In this document: in pieces, positions 14,603-29,300 of the stretch
Numbering within the stretch: position 1 is the stretch's first letter
Layout: each line of letters begins with the position of its first letter
Source: Carcharhinus amblyrhynchos
Lineage: Eukaryota
Assembly: GCA_965287045.1 (NCBI GenBank)
Contig: OZ336873.1
Span: 21,948,001-22,012,000 of the forward strand
Direction: 5' to 3'
Length of the DNA: 64,000 bases
Notes under the pieces: generated by a model
Databases searched by the model: none
The model's input: the letters and a program-made list of their open reading frames with translations, nothing else
What the model was told of the DNA's origin: nothing
Position numbers and translations under genes: made by a program

Positions 14603-15017
14603 CTAGAAAGGAAAGACAATAAAATTAACATGGTGATAAGAACAATGGACAATATGAAACCTCAAAAGAGGCAAATTTGCAGAAATGGGTAAACTTTCTG
14701 GTTAAACTGAAAGCTTTTTATATACGAGTTCGGGTTTTTTCTATTCAGACTAAATTGACTCCTTGTTACTTCCTTTCTGCTCGGATTCCAAATTGAATAC
14801 ATGAAAACTCAGGTAGAACAAAGATCTAAAAGTTTAAAATAGATTCCACTCTTTAATATCTTTCTTAAGCAAAAATAACAATGGAACAGTGGAGAATTTG
14901 GGTTATAGGATAACTCCTATAGTTTCAGAACTTAAATGTACTGTTGTGTTTTTAAATGGTTAATATGAAGAAAGTCCCCAAAAACAAGAAAAGAATGAAA
15001 AATCACAAACATTTTGA

Positions 15018-15217
15018 GCGGGGTTTTCCCACCCTTCCACTGGCGGTATCCTTCAGGTCCTGCTGATGGCACACCGCCACAGCAGGTTTCCCAGTGGCAA
15101 GGAGGAGATCAATGAAAAATGCGGGACCAGAAGATCCTGCCACTGGCCAATGGCGGATCATTTCCTGCACTGAGAAACATGCAACAAGAGGAAGGGAGGG
15201 ATGAGAGAATCCCACCC
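15018..15217. mobile_element. Small MITE
   Basis: GC-rich island with imperfect TIRs gggggttttccc / gagagaatcccaccc. Confidence 0.5.
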
Positions 15218-15442
15218 TTTATGTTTATTCAAAGTTTAATGCCTATGTCATCAAATCCTCCCTTCAGTTTTTTTATGAGAAATGGCACAGCCACATTAAA
15301 CATGCATGACCATTTTAAAAAGCGAATACTGGAAAGTCTATACAAAGCACTGTCCACAACTAGTTCATTTTTAACAAGCTGAGAATGCAAAAGGTAGTTC
15401 ACAATTTATTTTACTGTTGACCTAAAAACCAGACCGAAACTA

Positions 15443-15664
<222 letters not shown>

Positions 15665-16176
15665 TTAATGTGAAGCTCCTAATCTTTTTTCACTTACCAT
15701 AACATACACAAATGAACTTCCTCTGATGTCCCAATAGTCACAACAAAAATACAGTCTGACTGGAACAATCTACTGACTTTTATTCATTAACTAACATCAT
15801 CCCATTTTAGGAAAACAGAAAGTACGCTCTGTGACACAAAGCCAGCTCTGCTTGTTTCTGTTTTGTTTAAAGTACCACTGTTTCTAGTGGTTTGAACAAA
15901 GATAGTCAACTTTTTTTTTTCAATGAAAGCAAACAAGTCTGAATATCAGCTGGAGTAAGAATGAGGGATCCTGTGACTGGGAGGCCAACATTCAATCATT
16001 AGAGCTACTGATCTGACATCTTCTGCCAATACACAGAATAATCATAATGTTCACCTTGTACTTGAGAAACTACATTTCCTAGCTGTCTCTTAAATTATGC
16101 ATCCCCACAAAGATGAAAGAGAAATGTCGAAGTGTATGTCAGTAACAACACAAAACACTCCTGAAATTGAGGTGCT

Positions 16177-16878
16177 GGCACGGTAGCATAGTGGTTAGCA
16201 CTGCTGCCTCACAGTGCCAGGGACCCAGGTTTGATTCCAGACTTGGACATCTGTTTGTGTGGAGTTTGCATGTTCTCAGCATGTCTGCGTGGGTTCCCTC
16301 AGGGTGCTCCAGTTTTCTCCCACAGACTAAAGATGTGCAAGTTGGGTGGATTGATCATACTCAATTAAATTGCCTCTTAGTGACCCAAGATGTGTAGGTT
16401 ATGGGGATTAGTGGGGTAAATGGGAAATGGGGTTACAGGGATAGAGCCTGGATGAGATGCTTTTCGGAGAGTCAGTGCAAACCCGATGGGTTGAATGGCT
16501 TTCATAGAACAGAATCATAGGATCCCTACAGTGCAGAAGGAAGCCAGTTGGCCCATTGAATCTGCACCTTCAACAATCCCACCCAGGCCCTATCCTTGTA
16601 ACCCCACATATTTACCTTGCTAATCCCTCTGACCTACACACCCTAGGACACTAAGGGGTATTTTAGTGTGGCCAATCAACTTAACCCACACATCTTTGGA
16701 CTGTTGGAGGAAACTGGAACACCCGGAGGAAACCCACACAGACCTGGGGAGAATGTGCAAACTCCGCACAGACAGTGACCCAGGCCAGGAATCAAACCCA
16801 GGAGTTGTGAGGCAGCAGTGCTAACCACTGTGCCACCATGTCTTCTTCTATACTGTAAGCATTCCATGGGATTCCATA
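16177..16878 (+). mobile_element. HE1/V-SINE (+) interrupted in its tail by a second, inverted copy
   Basis: Head at 16177; tail breaks at gaatggct (~16500) and resumes at cttctatactgtaagcattcc (~16845). Confidence 0.8.
16503..16839 (-). mobile_element. HE1/V-SINE full-length copy (nested)
   Basis: Complete head, V-domain and tail on the - strand. Confidence 0.85.
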
Positions 16879-17084
16879 TTTCAATGACATTCAAATCAGC
16901 ACCACAGATGCAACCTGCTCTGTTAGCTGTGCAACTGCATGAAAAGGGTTAAACAGACTGCTGAAATGTGCCAATAGCATTGCTACTGATTATTTTTTAT
17001 ATTGCAATAATGTTAGTTTTTATCATTTAAGTAGGAAAATATGCTTCAATTTTGGAGTAATGACACACTATGTAACCTTGGAAC

Positions 17085-17280
17085 CCCAACAGTGCAGAAT
17101 CTGTCCACTCGGCCCATTGACTTTGAACTTGACTCTACGATACAGCAGCTTACCCAGACCTAGCAGGAGACTGTAGCACCCAGGGAGAGCGCGCAAACTC
17201 CACACAGTCACTCAAGGTCAGAATCAAACACGGGTCCTTGACACTGTGAGGCAGCAATGCTAACCACTGTGCTGCCATGC
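17085..17280 (-). mobile_element. HE1/V-SINE, internally deleted
   Basis: Head and tail present, middle missing. Confidence 0.7.
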
Positions 17281-17696
17281 TATAGCTGAATATGTGAACC
17301 AAAACTGACCATTCTGCACCAGTTAGCTTCATTTTGAGGTGGTCATCTAATTCCATAGAATGGCAAAGCACAGAAGAAAGCCAGCCAGCCCATCATGTTG
17401 GTGCCAGATCTTTAAAATAGTTATCCAAGTGTTTCAATTCTCCTGCCAGTTACCCAGAACCCTGATTTTTTCCCCTTCAAATATTTATCTAATTCTCTTG
17501 AACATTACTATTGAATCTTCATTCCCACTTATTCAAGTTGTATATATTGTAGGTCACAACAACTCACTGAGTTTAAAAAAAATCATACCTCTGATGTTTT
17601 AATTAATTACCACAGTAAACCTGAGGCATGCCACTTGGTACCTCAGCTCCCACAACCATCAACAATGTGCTATTTAAATATTAAATCATTACTTAC

Positions 17697-17834
17697 CGTA
17701 TTATATTGAGTAGCTGTTCTCGAATAGCAAATATAGGCAAGTACTGCCTTTGTTCAAGAATGGATTTCTTCTTTGCAAATTCACTGCTTGCCACATTCTT
17801 GTCCTTCATATGGTCAGCAAACTTTTGATCCATT
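17697..17834 (-). CDS. DHX38: DHX38 exon 12
   Basis: tag| [45 protein letters not shown] |gtaagt; 138 nt. Confidence 0.94.
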
Positions 17835-18779
17835 CTACATATTAATAACATTAAAAAGTATATTTCAAAAATATCAATATTGCCATTCTTACCAGTTTAT
17901 TCCAATTAGTATTCTAACAAAACCATGCCTCTTCAATTCTGTATATTGTTTCTAAATTTAATGAACATGATATGCAGCCATTTAAGACATTACTTATTAA
18001 TGGGTGGTGAAGACTCTGTGTCTTGTGTGTACTAGCTTTTGTAATGTTTTATTTAATTTGCATGCATAAGAAACAAGACAGAAAATAAGCAAATGGTAGG
18101 CAGACATTAGAATACTATTGTTTTATTTCTGAGATCTGATTCAAACAGAGATGAGGTTGTTGTCTTAACATTGATGGTCGAAAGTGAGTGAAACAAAATC
18201 TGCATGGGTAATCTCAATGCAGTTCTGAAGGAATTAGACAGTCCGGCTGCAAACACGGCAGCATTACAGAAAGATATGACTTATTTCCCATCCAATATTC
18301 AATAATTTACAATGTTCAGTCTCAATTTTTATTCACTGTTTGACCAATTACGTAATTATCTGAAATGTTCCAAAAATCAATAATTACATCCTCCATCCCC
18401 AGTGCTTTCCCTTCTGCAAATTAGTCTTCCACAAATTAAACACAAGCAGATTTTGTTAAATTTCAAAATCCATTGTGAGAAACAAGTATTGACCGCAGTG
18501 ATATTTTTCTGAACATCTGCTCTTAACTTTCTCATCATCCACCATAGGAGAAGGTTCGGAAGGGGAGCAGAGCAGGCAGGGTGAAGAAAGCCATTGTTCT
18601 CACTCACTATCATTTCAACAAGCCCTGCTGGAGTTGCTCATGTTTGGACATGAGATTCCATTGTCAAGGCCCCCGGTCAGATCTCACATGAATAACAGTC
18701 ACATAAACAAGAAACTGTCAGCCAACCAGCAATATCATAACAGACTGACGAAGCAATCAATACCTGAATTAGTAAACAT

Positions 18780-19003
18780 AGAAATAGGATACCCACTTCT
18801 CCATCCTATCCCAGTAACCCAACACATTTACCACAGCTAATCCACCCAACCTTCACATCTTTGGACTGTGGGAGGAAATTGGAGCACTTGGAGGGAACCA
18901 TGCAGGCACAGGAGAATGTGCACACTCCATACAATCACCCACACTGGAACTGAACCTGGATCCCTGGTGCTGAGAAGCAGCAGTGCTAACCACTGTGCCA
19001 TCC
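18780..19003 (-). mobile_element. HE1/V-SINE partial
   Basis: Head plus V-domain. Confidence 0.8.
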
Positions 19004-19009
19004 CATGGA

Positions 19010-21610
19010 GGGCGGAGGGCACGGTTGAGATGCTAAATGAGTACTTTGAATCTGTCTTAACCAAGTAAGATGCTGCAAAATCATTGTGAGAAAGGAGGTA
19101 GTTGAGATACTAGATGGATTAAATATTGACAAAATGGAGGTAATAGAAAGGCTTCCTGAGCTTAAAGTTACTGAGTCACCAGGGCTGAATGGGATGCATT
19201 AGATGATGCTGAGGAAAGTAAAGGCGGAAATTACAGAGGTAATGGCCATAATCTTCCGAACTTTCTTTGATATGAAGGTGTTGCCAGAAAACTGCAAAAT
19301 GGCAAATTGTTCAAAAAAGCCCAGCAACTATACCTCGATTAGTTTAATCTTGGTCATAGGAAAGCTTTTAGAAACTACAATCAAAGATTTTTAAAAATTC
19401 TCTCAGAGGGCTGTTAATCTTTGCAATTTTCTTCCCCAGAGACCAGTGCAGGCTGGGTCACTGAATATATTCAAGCCTCAATTGAACAGATTTTTGATCA
19501 ACAAGGAGTCATGGTTTATGGTGGGCAGGAAGGAAGGTAGAGTTAAGGTCACAATCAAATGAATCATGATCTTATTGAATGGTGGAGCAGGTTTGAAAGG
19601 CCAAATGGCCTATTCCTGCTCCTTTTTCTTATTAAAAACTAATATTGACTTGGAATAAATGTGCATTAATCAAGGAAAGACAGCATTAATTTGTTAAAAG
19701 CAAATCAGATTCAATTATCTGGACTGAGCTTCTTCGATGTTTATGGTAATACAGTTGATCTGGTGCACATGGACTTCCAAAAAGCATTTGATAAAGTGCC
19801 ATAAAACAATCACGTTGACAAAATTGAAGTCCGTGTAATAAAAAGGACGTGGAGTATGGATCCAAAATTGGTTGCTTGATAGGAAAACAGAGAGTAGGCA
19901 TAAAATGGTTGTTTTTAGGACTAGAGGAAGCCTGCAGCAGCCTGCAGGTGCAGCAGGTGGTCAGGAAGGCTAATGGGATGCTGGCCTTCATTGCGAGGGG
20001 GATTGAATATAAAAGTAGGGAGGTCTTGCTGCGGCTGTATAGGGCATTGGTGAGGCCGCAGCTGGAGTACTGTGTGCAGTTTTGGTCGCCGCACTTACGC
20101 AAGGATATTTTGGCCTTGGAGGGAGTGCAGAGGAGGTTTACTAGGCTGATGCCGGAGTTGAGGGGGTTGAGCTATGAGGAGAGGCTGAATAAACTAGGCT
20201 TGTACTCGTTAGAGTTTAGAAGAATGAGGGGAGATCTCATTGAGACATATAAGATGATGAATGGGATGGATAGGATAGAGGTGGAGAGACTCTTCCCGCT
20301 CAGAAAGGACAGTAGGACTAGGGGGCACAGCCTCAAGATAAAGGGGAGGGGGGTTTGGAACGGAGTTGAGGAGGAACTTCTTCACTCAAAGGGTGGTGAA
20401 TCTCTGGAATTCTCTGCCCGTTGAGGTGGTGGAGGCTGCCTCGCTAAATATTTTTAAGACGCAGGTTGATGGGTTTTTGATAAGTGAGGGGATTAAGGGT
20501 TATGGGGAGAGGGCGGAAATGTGGAACTAAGCCACGACAGATCAGCCATGATCTTATTGAATGGCGGGGCAGGCTCGAAGGGCTGGATGGCCTACTCCTG
20601 CTCCTATTTCTTATGTTCTTATGTTCTAATGTTCTAAAAGGAGTTCCCCAGGGGCCAGCACTTGGATCCCTGCTTTTCTCAAAATATATTAACGACCTAA
20701 ACTTGGGTGTGCAGTTTGAAAATTTGCATGCAACACAAAACTTGAAAGTAACAGGAGCTGAGAGGAGGGTAGTCGTACATTTCAAAAGGACATCAGCTGA
20801 TGGAATGGGCAGACACGCAACAGCTGAAATGTAATGGCAAAAAGCATGAAGTGATCCAACTTGGTAGAAAGAATGAAAAAAGGTAAAAGAAAGTAAAGGA
20901 TACAATTCTAAAGCAGGATCAGATATATGTGCACAAACCATTGAAAAGGTAGCAGGACAGGCTGCGAAAGTGGTCTAAAAGGCAAAAGGGAATTCTAGGC
21001 CTTATAAGTGGAGGCATAGAGTGCAATGTCAGGGGAATTATGATGAACCTTTATGAAACATTGGTGCTGCCTCAAGCGGACTGTTGTGTCCAATTCTGGG
21101 AATCACATTTCAGGAAGGACGAGAAGCCTTTAGAGAGAGCAGGAAAAATGTACAAGAATGGTTCCAGAGAAGAGGGACTTCAGTTATGTGGATGAATTAG
21201 AGAAACTGGGGGCATTTTCCTCAGAGAAGGTCGAGAGGAGATTTGACAGAGGTATTCAAAATTATGAGGTTTGAGACAGAGTGAATAGAAAGAAACTGTT
21301 CCCACTGGCAAAAGCACTGAGAAATGAAATACACTGATTCTAGGTGTCTGGCAAAAGCACCAATGGCGACATGAGGAGAAAGCAGTAAGTGGTTCGAATT
21401 TGGAATGCACTGTCTGGGAATGTGACACAGGCAGAATCAGTTATGGCTTTCGAAAGAGAACTGGATGAGCACCTGAAGAGCAAGAAAATGTAGGACTACG
21501 GGGAAAGAGGACCAGGATGTGGGACTAATTCTGTTGCTCTTGTAGAGAGGTGGGATGGACGCAATGAGCCAAAAGCCTCCCTCTGTGCTGTGACTAACCT
21601 ATGATTCTAG
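19010..21610 (+). mobile_element. Old CR1 LINE with nested CR1 insertions
   Basis: RT motifs in order (SPG.NG, AFDKV, GVPQG at ~20640), interrupted at ~19400-19635 and ~19942-20632. Confidence 0.8.
19942..20632 (+). mobile_element. Young 5'-truncated CR1 LINE
   Basis: Near-intact ORF QVVRKANGMLAFIARG...LEFRRMRGDLIETYK; CpGs retained; (ttcttatg)n tail. Confidence 0.9.
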
Positions 21611-21921
21611 GTGACTCCTTCCAACCTTGTCATTACAAGCCCTCAAATCTTGAATTTGGTCTTTTTTTTGCACTAACATCCTCTGCTCCACCTTGGGAGA
21701 TGAAGCTTTCAGTTACCATGGTTCAATGCTCTTGGAATTCTCTCCTTAAACACCCTCCCAGTTTGCTCTCTTCCCTATCTTCAAGAAAGTCAAGTCTCTT
21801 GCTAACATTCAGCTCCCATGTTTCACCTCTGAAGTGCCTTGACATGTTTTATTAACTTTAAAATCCTACATCAACAGAGGGTGACACTGTTATTAGATAA
21901 AGGAGAGATAAATGCACATAC

Positions 21922-22034
21922 CTGTAATCCACCTTCCCATCTTCTCCTATGTCTTTGTCTTTCTCTTCCACCTGTTTTATGCCCATAATATCTCCCAATT
22001 TGGTCCCAGCCAATTCCCAGTGTTTATGCTGTGC
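21922..22034 (-). CDS. DHX38: DHX38 exon 11
   Basis: cag| [37 protein letters not shown] |gtatgt; 113 nt. Confidence 0.94.
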
Positions 22035-22324
22035 CTGTCACAGAAAATAAATAGCAATTAAAAATGTAAATATAAATTCCTAGTATTGAAGACATTATCA
22101 TTAGAACATTCAACTTCAGCATGAATGAAATGGGCGAAGTGGATCCTGTTCAATATTTTTACTTGATCAGTTGATCAAATGTATAATTTAACAATCAAGA
22201 AAGCAAACACATAAAATACATACATTGTATGAGCAAGTGGGAAATGCTTGAACTCTGTTATAATAGTAATATTACATTGTATTCTGAAAACTGCTGATTC
22301 TTATTGTTTTTTTTCTTGACAAAA

Positions 22325-23075
22325 CATGGGCTGGTAAGTAACAACTAACATTCAAGCCACACAAGTGCCAGGCAATAACCATCTCCAACAAGAGAGAATG
22401 TAATCATCTCCTCTATGTTTAACAGCATCGTTATTGCTGAATTCCCCATCATCAACATCCTGGATGTTAACATTTACCAGAAACTGAACTGGACCAAGCA
22501 AATGAACACTGACAACAAAAGACTGGAAATTCTGCAGCGATAACCACCTCCAGACTCCCCAAAGCTTGTCCACATCTAAAAGGAACAAGTCAGGAGTCCA
22601 ATGGAATACTTTACTCTTGGCTGGATGAGCACAGCTCCAATTACACTCAAAATGCCTGAGACCATTCAGGACAAAGCAGCCCTCCTGATCGGCACCCTGT
22701 CCATCCCTTCCATTCACCAACAGTGTGTACCATCTATGAGACATACTGTAGCATTCCACCATGCATTCTTTCACAGCACTTGCAAAACCAGTAATCTCTA
22801 GTACATAGAAGAGCACAAGCAGTAGACTCACGGTGACACCACCGCATCCAAGTTTCCCTCAAAGCCCGCCACAGCCTCACTTGCAATTATATTGTAATTC
22901 CTTCACTGTTATTGGGTCAAAAACCTGAAATCCTCTTCCTAACAGCACTGTGGGTTTACCTACATCACTTGATCTACAGCGATTGAAGAAGACATCTCAC
23001 CACCATCTTCAAAGAGCAATTAAGGTTGGGGAACAAATGCCAACCTTGTTAGTGACGCTCACACCCCTTTAGTGA
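22325..23075 (+). mobile_element. CR1/L2-group LINE 3' fragment, decayed
   Basis: VRS.MEY and IQDKAALLIG C-terminal region, then a 3' tail. Confidence 0.65.
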
Positions 23076-24009
23076 AATTTAAAAACCCATATTCTAGAGT
23101 ACCATAATTAAAATGTTTGCACGGTATGGCAAGAATTTTTTTTAATCCTCTATGTAATGAAATAATAAAATGTACAATTAATTTGAACAAATGTCTAAAT
23201 ATTTCACCTTTCTTGTGGGTGCTGTGATATGATGTGCACACTGTTGTAAGGAGGCGTATCTTAAACTATTATCAACCACTAGCACCTCAGGGCATTAGTT
23301 CCATTACTTGCAGGCAGTCTGCAAGCAGCAGGGTAGAGATTAGATGTACAATACTCAGCATCCAAGTGAACATTATCCCTATATAGTCTTATCATCAAAT
23401 AAATAATCTACATTATTGTTTCATCAATTCTTGTTTATGATTGGTACATCTATGTTGAAGAAAAGAAAAACATTTAGCACCAACTTATTTTTTTCCAGGA
23501 AAATTAAATTGATCTTGTGTAGTTCAAGTACAGTAATCCTTCTTCCTCCATAATACACAAGAAGCTTTTGATCAGAACTGACCACTATTCGATCAAATGA
23601 ATCAATGAAGTCAGTCCTCAGTATAATCAACTTTGATTTACTAAAGAAATAATGCTTCTTCAGTGGGAATTGATAATTGAGAATGAAAATGCACTCAAAA
23701 CTGAGAAAAGCCGTGATGCTAAGACCAGAATCTTAAACAATTTGCACTTTTAAAATTCAATAATTCTGCTTCTTCTGCTTTAGTTGTGCTGGCATCACAG
23801 ATTAATATCACTGTTCCATCACCATTTGTATGGGTCACACTAGCTAAACGAGGCATGACCTACAGAAATGGTAGTCCTGAGAAGGAAAATGAAAATATTC
23901 TAGAGATGGGACTTGAAGATTTTCATAACTATTTTCTTTGGCAACTTGTTCCATTGTGAAATTGCCCTCGGGAAGAAAGATTGTTGATACATTGTCTTGG
24001 AAACAAACA

Positions 24010-24276
24010 GGGGCGATTCTCCCAAAAACATTCTAAGTGTCGAATTTGCATGAAAACTGGAGTATCTCCCGCTGGTTTTTATCGCATGATCTTCGGAATG
24101 AAAATCTCCCACACTCTGAGCACTGCAGGGTGCTCTGAATAGGTGGGGCCTATTCCTGCTGGGGAGGCCAGCAGCATAGCACTGAGCAGACTACGGAAAT
24201 CAGCACACACACAGTAGCCCCACACTGTCAGCCCCTTGATTTTTCACTGCCACTCTAACACCACCGCCCCCCCCCC

Positions 24277-24321
<45 letters not shown>

Positions 24322-24898
24322 CTGACCACTGGCTTCACAGTCCTCTCCAAGCCATGTCTTTCCCACAGCCCTGATCTCCCTGACCACACCGTCTCCTGGA
24401 TTCCCTACTCCTGTCCATCCTCCCAGTCAGATGGCCAGCTCTGATCACCCCCTTCCCTCTCTCTGCCACCAATCCTTATTCAGAGTGGCAGTGGGCCCCC
24501 AACCCCCACTGATTGGCCACCGATAGGCCATGCCCCCTTGAGCCTTGCCCCTTTGGCACTGCCCGATGCCTGGTGGGCAGTGCCAAGGTGGCCCTCAGGC
24601 ATTGCCAGTTTGCCCCTTTGTCAGTGCACCGTGCCAAGGACCAAGCTGGCACTGATCAGGGGGCACACCCTCCAACCCCCAACCTCCTGGGGGAGACTTC
24701 CATGGCCTCTGTTCACTCCAGTGGAGTCGGGCCACCAGTTCCCCATTCGCGGGGAGCTGTTGTAAACCCCACTAAAGCAACCACTCCTGGTGGTGGAGGG
24801 GGACACACACTTGCATGCAGGCTTGGAGACTTCAGTTCCAGGCCTGCTAATGAAATAGAAATCTACAGCAGCACAGCGGGCTGGGAAAAATCACCCCC
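24010..24898. mobile_element. GC-rich MITE (Harbinger-like termini) with internal (CA)n
   Basis: TIRs gggcgattctccca / tgggaaaaatcaccc; sits in a LINE relic (QQSFFPRAISQWNKLP, - strand). Confidence 0.7.
24278..24320. repeat. (CA)n microsatellite after a poly-C run
   Basis: About 21 CA units. Confidence 0.95.
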
Positions 24899-25129
24899 CG
24901 CCCTGGTCTTTCTGTTTGTGTGAATGGCTACATCATGTTCTATCATTGCCAGAGGGCACCAAGTATTCGTTTCTATCAAATCCCACAAGTCAATTCCATA
25001 TTTTACGGAAACTGGTCAGTCTATTTTTGTCACTGCTTTGCTGTAGTGATTCCCTTTCCAAATCTTTGATCAGGGATGTGACACTGGTTGTATTTCCCAT
25101 ACTCATTCATGCAGAATTAGCCTAATATA

Positions 25130-25990
25130 AGTTGTAGGAAAATGCTTGAATCTATAATAAAGGGTGCAATACCAGGACAACTCAAAAATACTGTTAGAAT
25201 TGGGCACTGTCAATGTGGATTTATGAAAGGGAAATAATGTTGAAAAGAGTTGGATGTATTTTGAGAAAGTAATTAACAAAACAGATACATGGGATGTAGT
25301 GTATTTAGATTTTCAGAAAGCTTTTGATCAGGTCCAACATAAGAGGTTAGTAAACAAAATTGGAGCACATGAGATTGGGGTGGAAATATTGGCATGGATT
25401 GAGAACTGGTTAATGGACAGAAAACAAAGACTAAGAATAAATGAGCCATTTTCAAGTTGGTAGGCCATGGCTAGTAGGGTACAGCATGTATCAGTGCTGG
25501 GCCCTAGATATTCACAGTCTATCTCAATTAATTGGATGTGGGGATCATGTGTAATATTTCCAAGTTTGCAGATGACACAAAATTGCTGGAGGCTGGAGCC
25601 TTGAGGAGGATGCAAAGACACTACATGGGGATTTAGAGAGGTTAAATGAATGGGCAAACACTTGCCAGACGGAAAACAGCAGAGGGTCAAGAACCAGGGG
25701 CCACAGTCTCAGAATGAGAGGTACGCTGTTTAAGGCTGAAACAAGAAGGAAATTCTTGAGTCAGAGGGAGTTGAATCTTTGGAATTCTCTTACAGCTGTG
25801 GAGGTTCAGTCATCAAGAATGTTCAAACTTAAGACTACTAGATCTTGACATATTAAAAACATCAAGGGATACAGGGTTGTGCAGGAAAACGGCACTGAAG
25901 TAAAAGATCAGCTATGATCTCACTGAATGACAAAGCAGACTTGGAAGATTAAATGGTGTACTCCTGCTCCTACCTCTTATGTTCTTAGAA
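25130..25990 (+). mobile_element. CR1 LINE fragment with internal deletion
   Basis: DVVYLDFQKAFD and SKFADDTK motifs; 3' tail. Confidence 0.85.
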
Positions 25991-26473
25991 CTATGGCGTA
26001 TCGGTTTGGATCATTTTGGCCTTATATACATCTCAACATTAGGATTCCATGTACAACCAACATTCTCCAGGATTGGATGAGCAAATGTTTGGTCAGCTAT
26101 AACTCTGGTATTTTGCTGCAATATCAAAGATTCCAGCTCCAATATCCATTTGGGTTTACTTGTATTATTAGACATGTATAAAGTCTATGATTGACTTTAG
26201 CAAAATATGTCACTATGGGTACTCAAGTAACGTAACACGACATACCTTTAGTGGGCATTTTGAAATTGATAGGTTTTTCCTGCTTTTAATTTTTCAACAT
26301 GGCTTTCAAACATTGAATCAGTGGAAATTAATGTCGTTGAAGTCAAATGTTTGTTAGTTCTTAACTTTGGCTCATACTCAAATGTCACCCCTTAGGGAGG
26401 CTAATCCTTTCATTCTATGCTGAACTCTAATTGCTAATCAAAAATTGCAGGACCGTATTTCCCATCCATTTAC

Positions 26474-26581
26474 CTTCTTGCGTTCTTTCTGCTCACGATG
26501 CTTGCGGACCAGTTGGCTTCCTTTTCTGGAGATGATTGCCATGTCAGATGTGGCATCTTTCACGGGAATCACTGGCTCTGG
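26474..26581 (-). CDS. DHX38: DHX38 exon 10
   Basis: cag| [36 protein letters not shown] |gtaaat; 108 nt. Confidence 0.94.
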
Positions 26582-27525
26582 CTGTCAGTGAAACAATTGA
26601 AACAAATTAAGTAATCTATAATAGGAAAGAGCTTACTACCACAGAATTACCAAACACAGAAGCAGGTCATATAATCCATTGTCCGCTGAAAGTGCCTGTT
26701 TCTGCTCCTACATCTCATGGTCGTGTGTAGTTCCCCACAACAAAGCCTCAGCCAATCAGTGTCAACTTGCCAAACCATCAACACCTGTTTCTCCTGTTGT
26801 ATAAATTGTGATAGCTTAAAATTTGGCATTCTTGCACTTGCCCTGATTTGTGCAAAATGAAAAGCTGGCAACATCTCTCTTTTCATCAATACTCTTTAAA
26901 ACTGTACCACAGCAACAAATACTAGCTAATGTTTATGTGTATGCTCCTACTAAAGAATATCAAAACTGATGAACAGTTCCAATGAAACAAAATAATTTTA
27001 ACTGTTCATTAAATGAAACAGATTACTCAAAACTCTGGAGGGATTAAGAAAGATAATGATGAACACATATTTATTGATCTGAACACAGCACTAACAGCTA
27101 TTCTTTGTCTATGAATCAATCACAGCACTACATTAAATGAATTTAAAGCAGTTGCAGAACTGGCAGAGTTCATGTGTAGCAAATTACAAATTTCACATCT
27201 TAAGAAGTGAGAACAAATGAATCCAACTGCAAAATATAAAAAAGTGAGGGCATGACATTCACACAGGCTGTAAAACAACTTTATTTTAAAAATTTTTAAA
27301 TATTGGCTGAAAGCTATCTTCAATATTAAATATTTTATAACTATTTGAAAATAGTTATCAAAGAGCAATGTAGGCAGCATCACCAGATCTGTTGGCTCCC
27401 ACATTACACCATACTGGTACAAATTTAAAAAGAGATGACTTTGGTCTATCCAAAACTGACAACACTTACTTACTTTGTCAAAACCTTAAAACATTCAAAA
27501 AAAAAATCTGGCATTAGTAGATTCA

Positions 27526-27699
<174 letters not shown>

Positions 27700-28254
27700 C
27701 TAAAAAAAAATCCATTTGACAAACGTTCAATGATTACAGCTCTATGATTCTAAAATCAAATATTTCTCTGAAGTGTTCTGTAACCAAAGTATCAACAAAC
27801 AATAACATTACTCAAAGCTGAATTGGTACAAGTGCAAAAGGTGTGGACTATTATGCATTTTCAACAAATTAAATCACTACAGAAGCCAGAATTTTAGAAG
27901 GAAAGAAACATTGTGTATCCTAACCTTTGAATATTAGACGGCTGGGGAAAATCAACAACAGGATTAAAGATTGAAGTGCCAATGCAGGATTAATAAATAA
28001 GTATGGTGTTAAATGTGGGGGATTTTCCCAATCAGAGAATCCAGACAGTATTTTTTGAAAAAAATAGATGCTTTGCTCTGCGGTTGGGGCTGTTTGAATA
28101 CAAATACACTAAGTCAATGGTCTTCAGGGTGAAAAAGGGAGTACTGGAAAGACAATTAAAAATAGGTATGTACCATCAATCTCAAGTCATTAGTGACTTC
28201 AGGAACATCATTTCAGATCCATGGGCCCTTTCAATGAAGAAAATTAATCATGGA

Positions 28255-29015
28255 GTTCCTTGGTAGGGTGGTTTCAGCAGCTTGCAAAAGTGAATAAAAT
28301 TGCAAATGAATTTCCCATGCCAGCTTTCTGAATGCAATAAGAAATAAAACCTTCGATTTGCTCTGACGCTTGGTTCATTAGGCAAAACAGGAAGACAAAG
28401 CTTTCAATGATTTGAAAAAGATTCTTGAAAAGCATTATGCTCCAGAACCACCGGTCATCACGAAATGGTTCAGGTTCCCACAAAGGAAACAAGTGGAAGG
28501 TAAAAGCATTGCTCAGTTTGTGGCAATCTTAAAAAGGATGTCACAACATTGTGTGTTTGGTGAGCCATTAGAAGATGCTTTTTGAGATCGTCTAGTCTGT
28601 GATCTCCAAGATGAGGCTATCCAAAGAAAATTGCTTACTGAACGTGCTCTGACTTTGAAGATAGTAATAGAAATCACAGCGCCAATGGGATTCTTTGTGA
28701 AAGAGGCTTCGAAGTTTGGTGGAAGAATGAATATGAGAATTGCACATAAGTAGTCAAAAAGACAACAAGCATGTCATAAATGTGCAAAAATGGGTCATTC
28801 AGCAAGTGGGTGCTGGAACAAAGATAGCTAATGCAAGAATTGTGACAAAATGTGTTACATTGCAAAAGCTTGTCAGACTAGCCCAGCTTTCCCCGAGAAG
28901 AATATTCAGAAGAAGAATCTAGATCCTTTCAAGATAAAGAACAAGTTGCATTCTATAAAAATAATTTACAACACGGAAAGAGTTACTGTGCCCGAGAAAA
29001 TGTCTGGAATCAGAC
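28255..29015 (+). mobile_element. Gypsy gag relic
   Basis: KHYAPEPPVITKWFRF..RKQVEGKSIAQFVA.LK...DRLVC...IQRKLLTE; decayed zinc knuckle. Confidence 0.7.
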
Positions 29016-29024
29016 TGAACACTT

Positions 29025-29300
29025 TAGGAATCCTGCAGTACAGGAGGAGCCATTCTGCCCATCAAGTCTGTACTGACCACAATCCCATCCAGGTCCTATT
29101 CCCATAACTCCACATATTTACCCTGCTAATCCTCTGACGAGGGTCAATTTAGTAAGGCCAATTAACCTAACCCGCATATCTTTAAACCCACTCAGACACA
29201 GGGAGAAAGTACAAACTCCACACAGACAGTGACCCAAGGACAGAATTGAACCTGGGTCCCTGGCATTATGAGGCAGCAGTGCTAACCACAGTGCCATCCT
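29025..29300 (-). mobile_element. HE1/V-SINE
   Basis: Head, partial V-domain and tail. Confidence 0.8.

Noticed and set aside
16177-16245. tRNA-like sequence with A and B boxes (repeated many times)
   Set aside because: These are SINE heads followed by a V-domain and LINE tail, not tRNA genes.
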